This document shows positions 64,000 to 64,000 of a stretch of 64,000 nucleotides of DNA, piece by piece (positions within the stretch are counted from its first letter, which is position 1; each line of letters opens with the position of its first letter). Under the pieces are notes generated by a model, which saw nothing but the letters and a program-made list of their open reading frames with translations, was not told the DNA's origin and made no database searches. This stretch comes from Candidatus Saccharimonadota bacterium (GTDB lineage: Bacteria; Patescibacteriota; Saccharimonadia; Saccharimonadales; Saccharimonadaceae): the NCBI GenBank assembly GCA_017437945.1, contig JAFRWP010000002.1, positions 1,272 to 65,271 of the forward strand, written 5' to 3'. Position numbers and translations under genes: made by a program.

Positions 64000-64000
64000 T

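Noticed and set aside
1-64000. Mobile elements, prophage, defence islands or toxin-antitoxin pairs.
   Set aside because: I recognised no integrase, transposase, recombinase, phage structural, restriction-modification, Cas or typical TA motifs in any frame. The only foreign-looking segments are single orphan genes (10568-11134, 20099-20524, 34596-35261).

Overview
The window is 64 kb of densely packed bacterial chromosome with about 60 CDS, one tRNA, and G+C in the mid-40s %. All long ORFs close on TGA/TAA/TAG and the single tRNA-Trp reads only UGG, so the standard genetic code applies. By inference only, the gene content and style suggest a reduced-genome Patescibacteria/CPR organism, possibly Saccharibacteria-like: minimal metabolism, phosphoketolase + Pta + AckA fermentation, a GH57/GT4 glucan pair, L31 type B, a huge vWA/DUF285-repeat surface protein, and many Lys-rich protein tails.

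Housekeeping genes recognised:
- Translation and protein handling: serS, hpf, secA, dnaK (behind a perfect CIRCE), lepB, htrA, rpsB-tsf, pheST, rpmE2.
- Nucleic acid metabolism and modification: rmuC, sbcB, queH, nrnA-like, tRNA-Trp.
- Other: cobB, an FNT channel, pepN, an M16 peptidase, and an ABC exporter pair.

No transposase, integrase, CRISPR array or rRNA was seen.

Most notable observations:
1. An eight-gene, translationally coupled operon (13-7763). It combines RmlA, an RmlB::ATP-grasp fusion, a polyprenyl-phosphate-type GT2, an SDR, a WecE-type transaminase and an ArnE/F-like pair of small membrane proteins. This has the logic of an Arn-like lipid-linked aminosugar decoration route.
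2. A 145-aa stand-alone protein carrying an NrdD-type glycyl-radical motif, behind two NrdR-box-like palindromes spaced 32 bp apart.
3. An orphan transcription unit of about 415 nt (54328-54742, minus strand) with a consensus promoter, a strong intrinsic terminator, a 19-bp long-range helix and no credible ORF. I could not assign it to tmRNA, RNase P, SRP, 6S or T-box.
4. A pervasive leaderless architecture, with a -10 box (TGn-extended in most cases) sitting 6-10 nt upstream of at least 18 start codons.
5. A phosphoketolase gene split into two overlapping frames.
6. A 1335-aa vWA + DUF285-repeat adhesin containing near-identical 81-nt tandem units.
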